Positions 1 through 10,882 are shown, counted from the first letter of the stretch. The stretch is DNA of 64,000 nt from an uncultured Hyphomicrobiales bacterium (GCA_964473465.1 CAYYPE010000011.1:555-64554); one strand, 5' to 3'. Notes: generated by a model from the letters alone, not told the origin. Numbers and translations are program-made.

Positions 1-1404
1 TGCCTGAAAGAAGGACGATTTAACCCCATAAAAGGAATAATAGAACAGCATCCTTTGCTCGAAAAAATAAACAACCTTATAAGGTATTCGGCACTCGAAG
101 AAATTCAGCTAAGTTTGTTCAATAAAACTCAAATCAGAGACCTGATAAATGTAACCTTTCCCAGAAATGAATTTCCTGAAACCTTTGCATCGGACATATA
201 TAACCTTACAAAAGGGAATCCCCTTTTTGTTGATGAGACACTTAAAAATTTACGTGAGAATTTTTTTATATATCAGGATAAAAATAAAGTTTTTAGGTTA
301 AGAAATAAATTTACCATTAATGAAATTCCCAAAACTATAGCAGCAGTTCTAAATGACAGATTTATGAGGCTGAACGAGGAAATGCAATTATTTTTGCAGG
401 TTGCCTCTGTTCAGGGTGAAAGATTCTCTCTTGAGATTATATCGAGAATTCTTAGTGAAAATTTGGTAAAAGTAGAAAAAATCAATGCCAATCTTAGTGA
501 CATTCATAAAATGGTTCAAAAGTCTGATGTGATTGATGAGGACTTCAGAGAATATTATGAATTTTCGAACAATTTGCTTCAGAAATATATATATGAATCA
601 CTCAATCCTGATTTCAGGCTCTCACTCCATCGAAAAGTTGCAAATGCATATAAAGAATATCAGACAGAAGACGGACTTAAAAATTATGCCTTCCATCTTG
701 GAGTTGCTTCAAGGATTTTTGACCAAAAAGGTCAAATTCTGGAAAAAGTTTTTAATATCAATAGCGATGATGTAAAAGAGATACTTGTTGCTTATAAAAA
801 AATCTCAAACAATTATATTAAATCTTTCAGGTTAGAGGAAGCTAATATAATCTGTCATAACATAATTCTTCTGTCATCTTTAATTAACGATATAGAAACA
901 GAGATTGAATATATAACCGTAATCGGAAAAGGGCTAAAACTCGCAGGAAAATGGAATGAAGCAGAAAAATATTACAAATCAGCTTACGAAAAATCAAAAA
1001 ATCTTAGTAATGATGAACTATATCGCCGGGTAATCGAAAATTATGTAAGTTTTCTTGAATTGAAAGCCAGATCTTATGAGAAATCAAACAGAATCAATGA
1101 AGCAATAAATTCTTATATTACCGCTCTGCAAGTTTTGAAAAATATGCAATTCAGTATGATTGAACAAAGACTGACTAAACAACTTTTATGGCTTTATATG
1201 ATTTCAGGAAAAACCAATAATATCAAGACATTAATTGATGAATCATTATTTAAATCGAAGAATACCGAGTATTATGATGAATTTTACGGGCAACTTATTT
1301 CTCTTATAAGCAAGGGGATCGAATTCAATTCAAGTATTGGCGATGGAAGAAATAATAACAGATTAAATCAAATACTGACAACACTCCGAAATACTCCAAC
1401 TTAA
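1..1404 (+). CDS. 3' portion of a large regulatory protein (STAND/AAA-type NTPase C-terminal region followed by TPR-like helical repeats); 5' end lies outside the window
   Basis: Frame 1 is open from nt 1 with no stop before 1404, so the M at 55 is internal. The helical, repeat-rich sequence (…TKGNPLFVDETLKNL… followed by TPR-like LxxAxxYxxxG-rich stretches) resembles the ATPase-to-TPR junction of MalT/LuxR-like STAND proteins. No catalytic motif is visible. Confidence 0.45.
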   Translation, partial: CLKEGRFNPIKGIIEQHPLLEKINNLIRYSALEEIQLSLFNKTQIRDLINVTFPRNEFPETFASDIYNLTKGNPLFVDETLKNLRENFFIYQDKNKVFRLRNKFTINEIPKTIAAVLNDRFMRLNEEMQLFLQVASVQGERFSLEIISRILSENLVKVEKINANLSDIHKMVQKSDVIDEDFREYYEFSNNLLQKYIYESLNPDFRLSLHRKVANAYKEYQTEDGLKNYAFHLGVASRIFDQKGQILEKVFNINSDDVKEILVAYKKISNNYIKSFRLEEANIICHNIILLSSLINDIETEIEYITVIGKGLKLAGKWNEAEKYYKSAYEKSKNLSNDELYRRVIENYVSFLELKARSYEKSNRINEAINSYITALQVLKNMQFSMIEQRLTKQLLWLYMISGKTNNIKTLIDESLFKSKNTEYYDEFYGQLISLISKGIEFNSSIGDGRNNNRLNQILTTLRNTPT

Positions 1405-1487
1405 TTATCACTGCAATCTTACTAATTAATAATAAATTAGCTTTTTTTTCGTAAAACCTTTGTTTAAAAATAATTGTTAACAGGAAA

Positions 1488-4037
1488 ATGGCTGATTATC
1501 CTTTTAGAGAAATTGAACCAAAATGGCAACGTTATTGGGAAGAAAACCAAATTTATAAAACCAGTGATAACTTTGATAAACCAAAATTCTATGTTCTTGA
1601 TATGTTCCCCTATCCAAGCGGAGTTGGATTGCATATTGGCCATCCCGAAGGATATACAGCCACTGATATTGTTTCCAGATATAAAAGAATGAAGGGATAC
1701 AACGTCCTTCATCCAATGGGTTTCGACGCTTTTGGGCTGCCCACCGAAAGATATTCTATGAAAACAGGTATTCATCCAAATGAGGCAACAAGAAAAAACA
1801 TTGAGGTTTTCAAAAAGCAACTTAAAATGCTTGGGCTTGATTATGACTGGAGTAGGGAAATCAACACAACCGACCCGGATTATTATAAATGGACTCAATG
1901 GATGTTCTTGCTGATATATAATTCATGGTATGATGAAAAATTAAATAAAGCAAGACCTGTTTCAGAACTTCCAATTCCTGATTATATCAACGATGAAAAG
2001 GAAAAGACTGAATATATTGATAATCAACGGCTTGCCTATATAGCGATGATTCCTGTCAACTGGTGTGAGGAACTCGGAACTGTTCTTGCGAACGAAGAGG
2101 TTGATGAATGGAGGGAAAAAGGTTATACTGTTGAACGAAGACCTATGAGGCAATGGATGATAAGAATTACAAAATATGCCAACCGTTTGCTGGATGACCT
2201 TGTTCAGGTTGACTGGCCTTCTTCAACACTTGAAATGCAAAAGAACTGGATTGGAAAAAGTTTTGGTGCCGAAATTAATTTCCAGATTGATGGTTCAGAG
2301 AAGTCAATTAAGGTTTTTACAACCAGACCAGACACTATTTTCGGGGCTACTTATATGGTTCTTGCCCCTGAACACCCTTTAGTCAAGGAAATTACAACAC
2401 CAGACAACAGAGAAACAGTTGATGAATATATTAAGTTGACATCAATTAAAACTGATCTGGAAAGAACTGAGTTAAGCAAAGAAAAGACTGGTGTTTTTAC
2501 TGGTGGATTTGCAATCAATCCAGCCACCAAGAACAAAATACCCATTTGGATAGCTGATTATGTTCTCACTGGTTATGGCACAGGTGCGATCATGGCTGTT
2601 CCGGGGCACGACGATAGAGATTTCGAATTTGCTAAAAAGTATAATCTACCTATCATCGAAGTTGTTTCACCATATGGTCAGCCAACCGGTGAGTTACCCG
2701 CAGCATTTGTTGAAGATGGAATAAACGTTAATTCCGCCAATGATGAAGTATCCCTAAATGGACTCAGCACCAAGGAAGCATTCAATAAAATTATAGGATG
2801 GCTCGAAGAGAAAGGAATAGGGAATTACAAAATTCAATTTAAGCTTAGGGATTGGCTGTTTTCCAGACAAAGATACTGGGGCGAACCAATTCCAATAATT
2901 TTCTTTGAAGATGGAACAAGAAGATCACTCGAACTTGACGAATTACCATTGAAACTGCCTGATGTTCAGGATTTTGAACCAGCAGGAACAGGCGAATCTC
3001 CTCTTGCTAAAATTGAAAGTTGGATTAAATTCTATGACAAAAAAACGGGCAAATGGGGGAGATTTGAAACCAATACTATGCCGCAGTGGGCTGGTTCATG
3101 CTGGTATTATTTAAGATATATTGACCCGAATAATAATGAGATATTCTGCGATCCGACTAAAGAAAAATATTGGATGTCCCCAAGCGGAGTGGATTTATAT
3201 GTCGGTGGTGCTGAGCATGCTGTTCTTCATCTTCTTTATGCAAGGTTCTGGCATAAAGTTCTTTTTGATTATGGCTTTGTTTCAACGCTCGAGCCTTTTA
3301 AAAAGCTTTTTCATCAGGGTTTAATACTCGGAGAAGATGGCAGAAAAATGTCGAAGTCTCTGGGAAATGTTAAAAATCCAGATGAGGTTGTCCGAGATTT
3401 CGGTGCAGACTCTCTCAGACTATTCGAGATGTTTCTTGGTCCTCTTCAGGATTCAAAGCCTTGGTCTGAAAAGGGCATCGAAGGTGTTTTTAGATTTCTA
3501 AATCGTGTCTGGAGAATGATTGTTAACGAAAAAGGTCAGCTGTCTCCTGCAATTCAAGATATCGAGCCGACGCCTGAACAAGCCTACGTTCTAAATTATA
3601 CGATTAAGAAAATTGCTGACGATATCGAAAATCTGCACTTCAACACATCAATTTCGCAGATGATGATATTTGTAAATGAATTTACAAAGTCTGAGGTAAG
3701 ACCTCGAATAGCAATGGAAAAATTTGTTATAGTTCTTTCGCTATTTGCCCCGCATATAGGAGAAGAATTATGGAGAATTCTCGGTCATTCGGATTCAGTT
3801 ACTAAGCAAAGCTACCCTGAATATGATGAAAGTAAAATTGTTCTCAATCAAATCGAATTTGTCTTTCAGGTTAATAGCAAGATTCGAAGCAAGATTATGT
3901 TGAACTCTGGTATGTCTCAGGAGGAAATCGAAAAGATTGCACTCAAGGACAATAATGTTCTTAAACACATTAATAACCAAGCAATAAAGAAAGTAGTTTT
4001 CGTTAAGAATAAATTGATTAACTTTATTGTGGGTTAA
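1488..4037 (+). CDS. leuS: Leucyl-tRNA synthetase
   Basis: 849 aa. Class I HIGH motif ([16 protein letters not shown]), KMSKS motif ([11 protein letters not shown]) and a typical LeuRS editing-domain insertion. SD-like AGGAAA upstream of the ATG. Confidence 0.97.
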   Translation: MADYPFREIEPKWQRYWEENQIYKTSDNFDKPKFYVLDMFPYPSGVGLHIGHPEGYTATDIVSRYKRMKGYNVLHPMGFDAFGLPTERYSMKTGIHPNEATRKNIEVFKKQLKMLGLDYDWSREINTTDPDYYKWTQWMFLLIYNSWYDEKLNKARPVSELPIPDYINDEKEKTEYIDNQRLAYIAMIPVNWCEELGTVLANEEVDEWREKGYTVERRPMRQWMIRITKYANRLLDDLVQVDWPSSTLEMQKNWIGKSFGAEINFQIDGSEKSIKVFTTRPDTIFGATYMVLAPEHPLVKEITTPDNRETVDEYIKLTSIKTDLERTELSKEKTGVFTGGFAINPATKNKIPIWIADYVLTGYGTGAIMAVPGHDDRDFEFAKKYNLPIIEVVSPYGQPTGELPAAFVEDGINVNSANDEVSLNGLSTKEAFNKIIGWLEEKGIGNYKIQFKLRDWLFSRQRYWGEPIPIIFFEDGTRRSLELDELPLKLPDVQDFEPAGTGESPLAKIESWIKFYDKKTGKWGRFETNTMPQWAGSCWYYLRYIDPNNNEIFCDPTKEKYWMSPSGVDLYVGGAEHAVLHLLYARFWHKVLFDYGFVSTLEPFKKLFHQGLILGEDGRKMSKSLGNVKNPDEVVRDFGADSLRLFEMFLGPLQDSKPWSEKGIEGVFRFLNRVWRMIVNEKGQLSPAIQDIEPTPEQAYVLNYTIKKIADDIENLHFNTSISQMMIFVNEFTKSEVRPRIAMEKFVIVLSLFAPHIGEELWRILGHSDSVTKQSYPEYDESKIVLNQIEFVFQVNSKIRSKIMLNSGMSQEEIEKIALKDNNVLKHINNQAIKKVVFVKNKLINFIVG

Positions 4038-4046
4038 TTTTTAGCA

Positions 4047-5417
4047 TTATACATACTCAAATTTAGCTGTAAAATGCCTTAATAAAGGAGCTTCGTAAGT
4101 TAATCTCATGCCTCTTAATTTGTCTCTATTCTGATAGACCTCAATCACAGCTTCGGCAACGTAGTCAATATGACTCTTTGTGTAAACCCTACGAGGTATT
4201 GCAAGTCGGACAAGTTCCATAGTAGCAGGAATAAAGTTGCCAGACTCATCAGTTTTTCCGAACATAACAGAGCCAATTTCAACAACTCTGATGCCACCAA
4301 CCCGATAAATTTCGCAGGCTATGCTTTGTCCCGGAAATTGATGTCGCGGAATATGAGGAGCAAAACGTGCTCCATCCAAATAAACTGCATGCCCACCGGT
4401 AGGCACTAATATTGGAACTCCAGCACTGAGCAATAAATCACCAAGGTATTTGACCTGACCAACTCTATAAGCCAGATAATTATAGTTCAAAACTTCTCTG
4501 AATCCAATGGCTAAAGCTTCGAGGTCTCTTCTTGCAAGCCCACCATAGGTTGGAAATCCCTCCGTTACAATAAGATTGACTTTTAATAGTTCAGCCAGTG
4601 CATCATCATTAGTTCCGATAAAACCACCGGTATTAGCTAAGCCATCTTTTTTTGCACTCATTGTGCATCCATCTGCATAAGAAAACATTTCCTGTGCAAT
4701 TTCCTGAATAGTTTTATCCTGATATCCCTCTTCTCTCATTTTTATAAAGTAAGCATTTTCAGCAAAACGACAGCAATCAAGGAACAGAGGAATACCATAT
4801 TCGTTAAGTAATTTTTTTGTCTCACGGATGTTTTCCATTGAAACTGGTTGCCCTCCACCAGTATTATTCGTAACGGTAATAAAACAAAGGGGTATATTTT
4901 CTTTGCCATAAGTTTCAATAAGGTTTCTTAAAGCGGGTATATTCATATTTCCCTTGAAATCACCCGGTATTTCGGGTTTTGTTCCAATTTCAGTTGGTAG
5001 ATCAATAGCAGTAGCCCCTGAGAATTCAACATTACCTCTTGTTGTATCAAAATGAGTGTTGTTGGGAATTATGCAACCGGGTTTGCTAATGACAGAAAAT
5101 AAAATTCTTTCGGCTGCCCTGCCCTGATGTGTTGGTATAATGTGCTTGAAGCCAGTAATTTCTCTCAATATGCTTTCGAATTTAAAAAAACTTCTCGAGC
5201 CGGCATAGGCTTCATCCCCGTCGAGCATGTGAGCCCATTGCTTTGAACTCATTGCAGTTGTTCCGCTGTCTGTTAGCAAATCAATAGTAACGGTATCGGA
5301 TTTTAAGTAAAATGTGTTATAAAAAGCTTCCTTAATGTAAATATCACGTTCTTCTCTTGTTGTAATGGGAATTTCTTCAACTGTTTTGATTTTAAATGGT
5401 TCAATTGATGTTTTCAT
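4047..5417 (-). CDS. Beta-eliminating lyase (tryptophanase / tyrosine phenol-lyase family, PLP-dependent)
   Basis: 456 aa, near-collinear with Citrobacter TPL/TnaA (FKIKTVE…YNTFYL…DLLTDSGT…SYADGCTMSAKKD with the PLP-lysine context…RVYT..H.DYV). TnaA versus TPL cannot be resolved by eye. It ends 9 nt from the leuS stop, convergently. Confidence 0.85.
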   Translation of the reverse strand: MKTSIEPFKIKTVEEIPITTREERDIYIKEAFYNTFYLKSDTVTIDLLTDSGTTAMSSKQWAHMLDGDEAYAGSRSFFKFESILREITGFKHIIPTHQGRAAERILFSVISKPGCIIPNNTHFDTTRGNVEFSGATAIDLPTEIGTKPEIPGDFKGNMNIPALRNLIETYGKENIPLCFITVTNNTGGGQPVSMENIRETKKLLNEYGIPLFLDCCRFAENAYFIKMREEGYQDKTIQEIAQEMFSYADGCTMSAKKDGLANTGGFIGTNDDALAELLKVNLIVTEGFPTYGGLARRDLEALAIGFREVLNYNYLAYRVGQVKYLGDLLLSAGVPILVPTGGHAVYLDGARFAPHIPRHQFPGQSIACEIYRVGGIRVVEIGSVMFGKTDESGNFIPATMELVRLAIPRRVYTKSHIDYVAEAVIEVYQNRDKLRGMRLTYEAPLLRHFTAKFEYV

Positions 5418-5517
5418 ATTTTCTTAAATAATTCAATTTTGTAAAAACGAAAAAAACAATTTAATTAATCGTAATTAAATCCCGAAAGTATAAATAAATT
5501 GCTTTATAGAAAAAGCT

Positions 5518-7038
5518 TTATTTTCCCCAATCCGGAAAAATTATTGGGACGAAATTAAAAACCTTACTACCCAAAAAATACATGATTAATGATACAATGA
5601 TAATTCCAATTAAATTTAGCAAAATGCCGGCTTTCATCATTTCATTAATGGTTACTTTTCCTGAACTGAAAATTATTGCATTTGGTGGTGTTGCCACTGG
5701 AAGCATAAATGCGAAAGATGCTGAAATAGTAGCTGGAATCATCAGCAGGAGGGGATTAATTTCCAATGAAACTGAAAGTGCTGCAATAATTGGCAATAAT
5801 GTTTGGGCTGTTGCAGTGTTTGAAGTCAGTTCTGTTAAAAAAGTTAAAATTGTGCAGATAATTACTATCATAATAAAAGGATGAATTGTTCCAATGACGG
5901 ATAGCTGTTCTCCTACAACTTTTGATAATCCGGTTTGTTGAAAACCCTCAGCAAGTGCAAAACCTCCACCAAATAGCAATACAATATCCCATGGAATTTT
6001 TTTAAAGAGGGTATTATCAAGAATTGTTCTATTTGGCTTTGATTTTGATGGTATTACAAATAAAAGTAGCACCATAAATATTACTACTGTTCCATCATCT
6101 ATCCATTTATCAACTCCAAGAAAATTCGACCAACCCGGAATAACAGCAAAACCCAGATTTAGTTCTTGCCTGAATATCCAAAGGAATCCAGTGATTAATA
6201 AAATAATAAGTAAAACTTTTTCCTCGAAAATAGCTTTTCCCAGCTTTTTATATTCATCTTTAACAAAATTTTTATCAATTTGAATATTATGTTCTTTTTT
6301 AATGAAAAGCCTTGTTAAAATAAACCATGATGCGGTTAACATACTCAAAGAAATAGTCAAACCAATAGGGAGCCAATTGCTGAAGGTAATCTGAGGACCG
6401 TTAGGAAAGTTCATCTGGAAAATTCTTTGAAAAATCAGGTTTGGTGCAGTTCCAACTAAAGTTCCAACTCCGCCGATTGAACATGAATAACCTATCCCAA
6501 GCATAAGTGCCACGCTGAAACCTTTGACCAAATCCTTGTCATACTTTTCTTCAAGTTGAAGAATTATTGCATAACCAATTGGGAACATCATCACAGCCGT
6601 AGCTGTATTGTTGATAAACATAGATACCAATGCCGAAGCAAGCATAAAGCCAAATATAAGAGCTTTTTGACCACCACCTATAATTTTTATTATTTGTAGG
6701 GAGATTCTTTTATGTAGTCCCCAACTTTCTATAGCTACAGCTATTATGATACCTCCAAGAAAGAGAATAATTGTGCTATTAAAATATTGATTTGCAACCA
6801 TTTTAGCATCTATTATTTGAAGATATGGGAAAAGAATAATAGGAAGTAAAGCTGTAACAGCCAAAGGAACTGCTTCTGTCATCCACCATACAGCCATTAG
6901 GAGTGCAACTGCAGCCATCTTTGAAGCGGAAATATTTTCAGGTATTAAATTGAAATTGATAAAAATCAAAAATAAAACAATACCGGACAGAAGCCCTATA
7001 TTTTGCAAATTAGTTCTTGGACTTTTTTTATCACTCAT
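5518..7038 (-). CDS. SLC13/DASS-type (ArsB/NhaD superfamily) Na+-coupled anion permease
   Basis: 506 aa and polytopic. The N-terminal AAVALLMAVWWMTEAVPLAVTALLPIILFPYL hairpin motif is typical of DASS/CitT-like symporters. It lies 100 nt upstream of, and co-directional with, the lyase gene. Confidence 0.75.
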   Translation of the reverse strand: MSDKKSPRTNLQNIGLLSGIVLFLIFINFNLIPENISASKMAAVALLMAVWWMTEAVPLAVTALLPIILFPYLQIIDAKMVANQYFNSTIILFLGGIIIAVAIESWGLHKRISLQIIKIIGGGQKALIFGFMLASALVSMFINNTATAVMMFPIGYAIILQLEEKYDKDLVKGFSVALMLGIGYSCSIGGVGTLVGTAPNLIFQRIFQMNFPNGPQITFSNWLPIGLTISLSMLTASWFILTRLFIKKEHNIQIDKNFVKDEYKKLGKAIFEEKVLLIILLITGFLWIFRQELNLGFAVIPGWSNFLGVDKWIDDGTVVIFMVLLLFVIPSKSKPNRTILDNTLFKKIPWDIVLLFGGGFALAEGFQQTGLSKVVGEQLSVIGTIHPFIMIVIICTILTFLTELTSNTATAQTLLPIIAALSVSLEINPLLLMIPATISASFAFMLPVATPPNAIIFSSGKVTINEMMKAGILLNLIGIIIVSLIMYFLGSKVFNFVPIIFPDWGK

Positions 7039-7122
7039 TTATTACAGGTTTCATTATAAAAATTTAAAAAAGAATATTTTAAACTAACAAAATAATTAAT
7101 ACTGTTTAAATTCCTTTTCAAT

Positions 7123-7389
7123 TTAATATTTGAGGAATTTATGTTCAACAAGTAATTGACCCTTCCATAGTAAGTCAATATATCCATTTTGTCTGTAACC
7201 CTTTGTAACTTTTACTTCGAAAGAAGCTACTCTCCGTCTGTTTAAGCCGAAAACCTGAAAAAAATCATCCCAGAAAGTTTTTGCTTCAGCTTCTTCGGAA
7301 GTCTCTTTCTCCCATTCTTTTACGAATTCTGCTGCACGAGCCTTTATTTCATTCCAACTAAGTGACATAAACAAAAATGTTATTAACAA
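7123..7389 (-). pseudogene. N-terminal remnant (~80 codons) of an MmeI-family type IIL restriction-modification enzyme
   Basis: MSLSWNEIKARAAEFVKEWEKETSEEAEAKTFWDDFFQVFGLNRRRVASFE…GYIDLLWKGQLLVEHK is almost collinear with the MmeI N-terminus (MALSWNEIRRKAIEFSKRWEDASDENSQAKPFLIDFFEVFGITNKRVATFE…GFVDLFWPGILLIEMKSRGK). The ORF stops right after EHKF, where intact homologues run for ~900 more residues. The flanks are AT-rich non-coding sequence. Confidence 0.8.
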
Positions 7390-7557
7390 CTGAGTTAATA
7401 TAAAATTTCATAATAACTTTTTTTCAACAATTTAATAATTTCCTAATTGAAATTATATTAAATTTATTTTTATTTCTTTATCAAATAAAATTGAGATTCC
7501 TTGAAAAATCAATAATTTTGTAATGTTTATCAATTGTTTTATTCTTATAGAGGATTT

Positions 7558-9039
7558 ATGGAAAAATTCAAAAATTATATTAATGGTCAATGGCTTGAGC
7601 CAATTTCACAAAAGTATTACCAAAATATAAACCCAGCAAATATTGAAGATATTATTGGAGAATTTCCGGAGTCGGGCCTTGAAGATGTGAATCTGGCAGT
7701 TCAGGGAGCAAAAGAAGCTTTCAAAAAATGGAGGCTTGTGCCGGCTCCCAAAAGAGGAGATATACTGAGAAAAGTTGGTGATATTTTTACAAGACGAAAA
7801 AATGAGCTTGCAAGAATTATGACAAGAGAGATGGGAAAGCCTGTTTTCGAAACCAGCGGGGATATTCAGGAAGCAATTGATACAGCTTATTATGCTGCTT
7901 CAGAAACAAGGAGACTCTTCGGTTACAATGCTCCAAGCGAGATGATGAATAAAATGAATATGTCTTTTCGTGTTCCTGTTGGTGTTTGCGGTGTAATAAC
8001 AGCTTTTAATTTTCCTATTGCTGTTCCATCCTGGAAAATTCTACCAGCTATTGCAGCCGGTAATACTGTGGTTTATAAACCTTCAAAAGATGTGCCTCAT
8101 TCAGGATTTATTTTTGCAGAGATAATGGAAGAAGCGGGAATCCCACCCGGTGTTTTCAATGTTGTTTTTGGAAAAGGGTATATGGGCAATATGATAGTTG
8201 AGCATCCTGATGTTAACTTGATTGGATTTACCGGCTCAACTACCATTGGCTGTCAGATTGGAGAAATATGCGGCAGGTTAAACAAAAAAGTATCTCTCGA
8301 AATGGGAGGTAAAAATCCGCAAATTGTTATGGCAGATGCAAATCTTGAGCTTGCACTCGAAGGAGTTCTCTGGGGAGCATTCGGAACGACCGGACAGAGA
8401 TGCACTGCAACTTCCAGACTTATTATTCACAAGGATATTTATAATAATTTTATTGATATGTTGGTTGAGAGAGCTTCGAAATTACGTCTTGGTAATGGAT
8501 TAAACCCAGAAACTCAGGTTGGTCCGGTAATCCATAAACAACAGATTGATACTTGCGAGGAATATGTTAAGATTGGACTTGAGGAAGGGGCAAAATTAGT
8601 TTTAGGAGGAAAGAGAGCCACTGAAGGTGAACTTGCAAAGGGTTATTTCTTCGAGCCAACAATATTTGTTGATGTTACAAGGAATATGCGTCTGTTCAAA
8701 GAGGAAATTTTCGGACCCATTCTATCAATCACAAAAGCTGAATCATTCGAGGATGCCATAGAAATAGCAAATGATTGTGAATTTGGACTTTCCTCCTCGA
8801 TTTATACAACAAATGTAAATTACGCTTTTAATGCTATCAGAGATATTGAAGCCGGAATCACATACATTAATGCCCCAACAATCGGAGCCGAAGCACATAT
8901 GCCTTTTGGCGGTGTGAAAGGAACAGGTAACGGTCACAGGGAGGGTGGCTGGACGGTGTTTGATATATTTACAGAGTGGAAAACGGTTTATGTGGATTTC
9001 TCTGACAGGCTGCAAAGAGCTCAGATAGACAATTATTAA
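7558..9039 (+). CDS. NAD(P)-dependent aldehyde dehydrogenase
   Basis: ALDH superfamily: catalytic Glu motif LEMGGKNP, catalytic Cys motif GQRCTA, and a GxGxxG-like NAD-binding segment. The start is placed at the ATG at 7558, preceded by the SD-like GAGGA; the ORF-track start at 7534 has no RBS. Confidence 0.9.
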   Translation: MEKFKNYINGQWLEPISQKYYQNINPANIEDIIGEFPESGLEDVNLAVQGAKEAFKKWRLVPAPKRGDILRKVGDIFTRRKNELARIMTREMGKPVFETSGDIQEAIDTAYYAASETRRLFGYNAPSEMMNKMNMSFRVPVGVCGVITAFNFPIAVPSWKILPAIAAGNTVVYKPSKDVPHSGFIFAEIMEEAGIPPGVFNVVFGKGYMGNMIVEHPDVNLIGFTGSTTIGCQIGEICGRLNKKVSLEMGGKNPQIVMADANLELALEGVLWGAFGTTGQRCTATSRLIIHKDIYNNFIDMLVERASKLRLGNGLNPETQVGPVIHKQQIDTCEEYVKIGLEEGAKLVLGGKRATEGELAKGYFFEPTIFVDVTRNMRLFKEEIFGPILSITKAESFEDAIEIANDCEFGLSSSIYTTNVNYAFNAIRDIEAGITYINAPTIGAEAHMPFGGVKGTGNGHREGGWTVFDIFTEWKTVYVDFSDRLQRAQIDNY

Positions 9040-9195
9040 ATACATAAACATTTACACTTGAAATGCAAATTATACTGTATTTTTTAGGTTTAGTTAAAAT
9101 ATTTTAATTATTCCTTTGTCAATTCTTATGTTAATGCAAATTAATCATTCAAAACAAATATTTTTTAATTTAATTTCAAAGCTTGGAGCTAATTG

Positions 9196-10851
9196 ATGAA
9201 AAAGTATCTGATTATTACAGGTGCAATAATAATAGGTGTTTTAATAGGTTTTTTTATACAACCGCTTGTTTCTGGTGATTCAATATTTGATCAGGTCAGG
9301 AAATTTGATTATGTCCTGAATACTGCAGCTAAAAATTATGTGGAAGAAGTTGACACACAAAAGTTAACCGAGGCTGCAATAAAAGCAGCGCTTAATGAAC
9401 TTGATGTCCATTCTGTTTATATCCCTGCAGAAGAAATGAAAAGGGTAAACGAAGATTTTCAGGGAAGTTTCGAGGGAATCGGTATTGAGTTCGACATTAT
9501 TAATGATACCATAACAATTGTTACCCCTATTGCTGGTGGTCCGAGCGAAATGTTGGGGCTAATGTCCGGCGATAAAATTATCAAAATTGATGACGAAAAC
9601 GCTGTCGGACTCAGCAGGACAGAGGTTCCTAAAAAACTAAAAGGACCCAAAGGCACAAAAGTTAAGGTTGAAATTGTAAGACCGAGTCAAAAAGAAACTT
9701 TGAAATTTACTATAACACGTGATAGAATTCCGATTAATACAGTTGATGCTGCTTATTTAATTGATAATACCGATATCGGCGTTATTGTCGTTAATAGATT
9801 TGCCGCTACAACAAATGATGAAATGGTTGAAGCCCTTAACAATTTATCTGCACAGGGAATGAAAAAGCTGATACTAGACCTAAGGGGAAATCCCGGAGGA
9901 TTTCTGAATCAAGCTGTGCTAATGGCAGATGAATTTTTGAATAAAGGAGATACTATTGTTTATACAATTGGACGAAAAAATAAATTTGATGAGAGTTATA
10001 TTTCTACCGGTGGCAGTAAATATAAGAACCTGCCATTGATAGTATTAATAAATGCAGGTTCTGCTTCAGCCAGCGAAATTGTCTCGGGAGCCATTCAGGA
10101 CCTTGACCGTGGCTTGATAGTTGGAGAGACATCCTATGGCAAAGGCTTGGTTCAAAGACAATATGAAATCGGTGATGGTTCTGCTTTCAGATTGACTATC
10201 TCTAAGTATTATACTCCTTCTGGAAGAAGCATCCAAAGACCATATAAAGACAAGGACAAATACAGACACCTTGTTGGTAGATTGGAACTTGAGGAAGGGT
10301 CTTATCTTGAAAATGCTAAAGAAAAGATTATTCAGCAGGTAAATGAAATCAATAAAAAAGCAAAGAACGATGAAGAAAAAATTGATATTAATAACCTTCC
10401 AATCTATAAAACCAGAAGGGGAAGAGTTGTCTTTGGTGGTGGAGGAATTACTCCTGACTATATTATCAAGCAGGATACCATAACAAACTTTTCTGCTGAA
10501 ATCAGAAGGAAAAATTTATTTTTCGAATTTACTACCAGCATTATGCAATCACAGGGTAATTCACTAAAATCAAAATATTCATCTGATTTTTCTTCATTTC
10601 TTAAAAACTATCAGATTAGTGAGTCAATGATTGAAGATTTCAAAAAACTTGCTGCTTCTAAAGAAATTGAGTGGAATGATGAGTCTTATAAAATTGATGA
10701 AGAGTTTATTAAAATTTCAATTAAGTCAGCCATTGCAAGAATGATATGGGACAGAAATAAATTTATTGAGGTTTTTTATACAATTGATCCACAGATTAAA
10801 AAGGCAATTGAATTATTTCCCGAAGCTATCAAAATTGCAAGGCTTAAATAA
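9196..10851 (+). CDS. ctpA: S41 family carboxyl-terminal processing protease (N-terminal TM helix, PDZ domain, S41 catalytic domain)
   Basis: S41 signature GGFLNQAV…ASASEIVSGAIQDLDRGLIVGETSYGKGLVQ with the Ser/Lys dyad context and a PDZ-like GIGIEF segment. GGAG sits 8 nt before the ATG at 9196. Confidence 0.88.
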   Translation: MKKYLIITGAIIIGVLIGFFIQPLVSGDSIFDQVRKFDYVLNTAAKNYVEEVDTQKLTEAAIKAALNELDVHSVYIPAEEMKRVNEDFQGSFEGIGIEFDIINDTITIVTPIAGGPSEMLGLMSGDKIIKIDDENAVGLSRTEVPKKLKGPKGTKVKVEIVRPSQKETLKFTITRDRIPINTVDAAYLIDNTDIGVIVVNRFAATTNDEMVEALNNLSAQGMKKLILDLRGNPGGFLNQAVLMADEFLNKGDTIVYTIGRKNKFDESYISTGGSKYKNLPLIVLINAGSASASEIVSGAIQDLDRGLIVGETSYGKGLVQRQYEIGDGSAFRLTISKYYTPSGRSIQRPYKDKDKYRHLVGRLELEEGSYLENAKEKIIQQVNEINKKAKNDEEKIDINNLPIYKTRRGRVVFGGGGITPDYIIKQDTITNFSAEIRRKNLFFEFTTSIMQSQGNSLKSKYSSDFSSFLKNYQISESMIEDFKKLAASKEIEWNDESYKIDEEFIKISIKSAIARMIWDRNKFIEVFYTIDPQIKKAIELFPEAIKIARLK

Positions 10852-10882
10852 AGAATTTCCTTTAAAATAATTTTGACTTTAT

